From the NCBI GenBank assembly GCA_964016885.1, contig CAXHJY010001521.1, positions 74,575-138,574 of the forward strand: a stretch of 64,000 nucleotides of DNA. Direction: 5' to 3'. The notes below the pieces were generated by a model. The model was not told the DNA's origin, ran no database searches, and saw only the letters and a program-made list of their open reading frames with translations. This stretch comes from Eledone cirrhosa. Taxonomy: Eukaryota. Positions 61,083 through 64,000 of this stretch are shown here, piece after piece (position 1 is the stretch's first letter; each line of letters opens with the position of its first letter). A program made the translations under genes and the position numbers.

Positions 61083-61585
61083 GACACACACACAAATATA
61101 TATATATATATATATATCCATGCATACATACATACTAACACATACGCAGTCATCGATATGCAACGCCGCGCGTTGGCTAAAACAGCGAAAAACATTGCCG
61201 TAGATAACAGCCAGCATCGCCGGCTACATCGACCCCTTCCACTCTCTTCTCCTCCTTACGCAAGACACCTCCTCCTCCTTACCCTTTATTTCTCCTCAAG
61301 CACCAACAACAACAAGCCTAAAGGTCAGTGACCACCTGCAGTTGACCACACTGACCTAGAGTTGGTGATAATCTGTTTGAGATAATCAGACCACGACAAA
61401 GCTGTCAGCCGACCAAGCTAGCGAGCCGTGTCCGAAATATGGCAAAGGTGTGAATGGTGGGGGTTCAAGCCCCAAACCTTCCCCCACCTCCTAGGTTATT
61501 TCGGCCTGTCAACCTGTCAGCCATGTTGGTTGACATCTTGAGTGTTTGCTTCGAGTCTCGTCACACACGCACATATATACAAATG

Positions 61586-61617
<32 letters not shown>

Positions 61618-61713
61618 ACCTTTCATAGGTTATAGATTCCATACACTGGTGAGTTTTCCCTGTTTTATTCAGAGCGCACTGTATCTCTCTCTAGTGTGTT
61701 ACCTTTTCAACAT

Positions 61714-61771
<58 letters not shown>

Positions 61772-61998
61772 AATGAAGTAATTCCGTCGGAAAAGTCCAG
61801 GAAAAAAGAGTGCTCTATGTAAGCAACAGAGCTTAATTATTATTATGTAATAAACAACATAAGGCAATTATTCCATTTACCAGTGGTTTCTTAAAAGCAA
61901 AAGGTTTTGCTTTCAATCCTCAGAATTAAAAAATCCTGGTTTGTTTATTGAATTTGGATCTTTAAAAAAAAAAAAAACCCGGAATTCCTGAGATTCCC

Positions 61999-62051
61999 GA
62001 GATTCCTGATGATTTCTAAAGAATGAAACAGTTCTAGTCCTGTAGAATCTC
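61999..62051 (+). ncRNA. Three-stem type-I hammerhead ribozyme
   Basis: gagattc CTGATGA tttc taaa gaat GAAA cag ttctagtc ctG TA gaatctc. Confidence 0.82.
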
Positions 62052-62068
62052 ATCTCTCTCTCTCTCTC

Positions 62069-62103
<35 letters not shown>

Positions 62104-62300
62104 TAAAATAACAGATAATTGCTATACGGTTCTTATATATTTGATATATATTTATCCTTATCGAGCCCTCTTTGGATTTTAGTCTTCAAATTTATTATTA
62201 TTACTATTTATATATATATATATATGTGTGTGTGTGTGAATATATATAAATTTCAATGTATATATAAATATATATATATATATGTATATATATGTATATG

Positions 62301-62337
<37 letters not shown>

Positions 62338-62472
62338 GTATGTATATATATATATATGTATATGTATGTATATATATATATGTATATGTATGTATATATG
62401 TATATGTATGTATATATATATATGTATATGTATGTATATATGTATATGTATGTATATATATGTATGTATATG

Positions 62473-62503
<31 letters not shown>

Positions 62504-62544
62504 ATATATATATGTATATGTATATATATATGTATATGTATATG

Positions 62545-62733
62545 CACTTGTCGTCACATGGTACCATGGGCCCAGCACTATGTGTCAATAATTGTCACAA
62601 GTGTAATGTTTGTACCAGAGTTTTCAAGTCGCTGGCTGGACTAAAAAGTCACACTCGTTCAGCGCATCGGTAGGGGTTCTCCTACATGGCTATAAAGTAG
62701 TGGCCATACTCGAAAACGAGTTGGCAGCCACCA
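62545..62733 (+). pseudogene. LINE 3' end: C2H2 zinc finger plus 3' UTR
   Basis: [25 protein letters not shown], then gtggccatactcgaaaacgag..gcagccacc. Confidence 0.65.
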
Positions 62734-62734
62734 T

Positions 62735-64000
<1,266 letters not shown>

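Noticed and set aside
61140-61560. CpG-rich unique stretch as a promoter
   Set aside because: No linked exon or definable core motif

Overview
Eukaryotic, extremely microsatellite-rich DNA ((TA)n, (CA)n, (TATG)n, (CAA)n, (TTC)n). The repeat style and SINEs look like a coleoid cephalopod (Octopus-like); that assignment is an inference. Almost all supplied ORFs are artefacts of simple repeats and no complete gene is visible, only 2-3 weak candidate exons. The non-simple sequence is a mosaic of mobile-element fragments: tRNA-derived SINEs, RTE and Tx1/L1 LINE 3' ends, a Tc1/mariner relic and a hAT MITE. The main signal is a dense, diverse set of type-I hammerhead ribozymes (13 with an intact CUGANGA...GAAA core, 3 with a recurrent CAGAAGA variant core, several decayed; about 9 sequence families, all folded by eye). 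They sit in short non-coding cassettes embedded in (TA)n, often as fold-backs or ~430-450 bp partial tandems (retrozyme / non-autonomous Penelope-like). A near-perfect 2.06 kb palindrome (55917-57980) carries two copies of a Penelope-like Cys-rich linker plus GIY-YIG endonuclease and a hammerhead. A second theme is that six minisatellites are each traceable to a piece of a different repeat or transposon.
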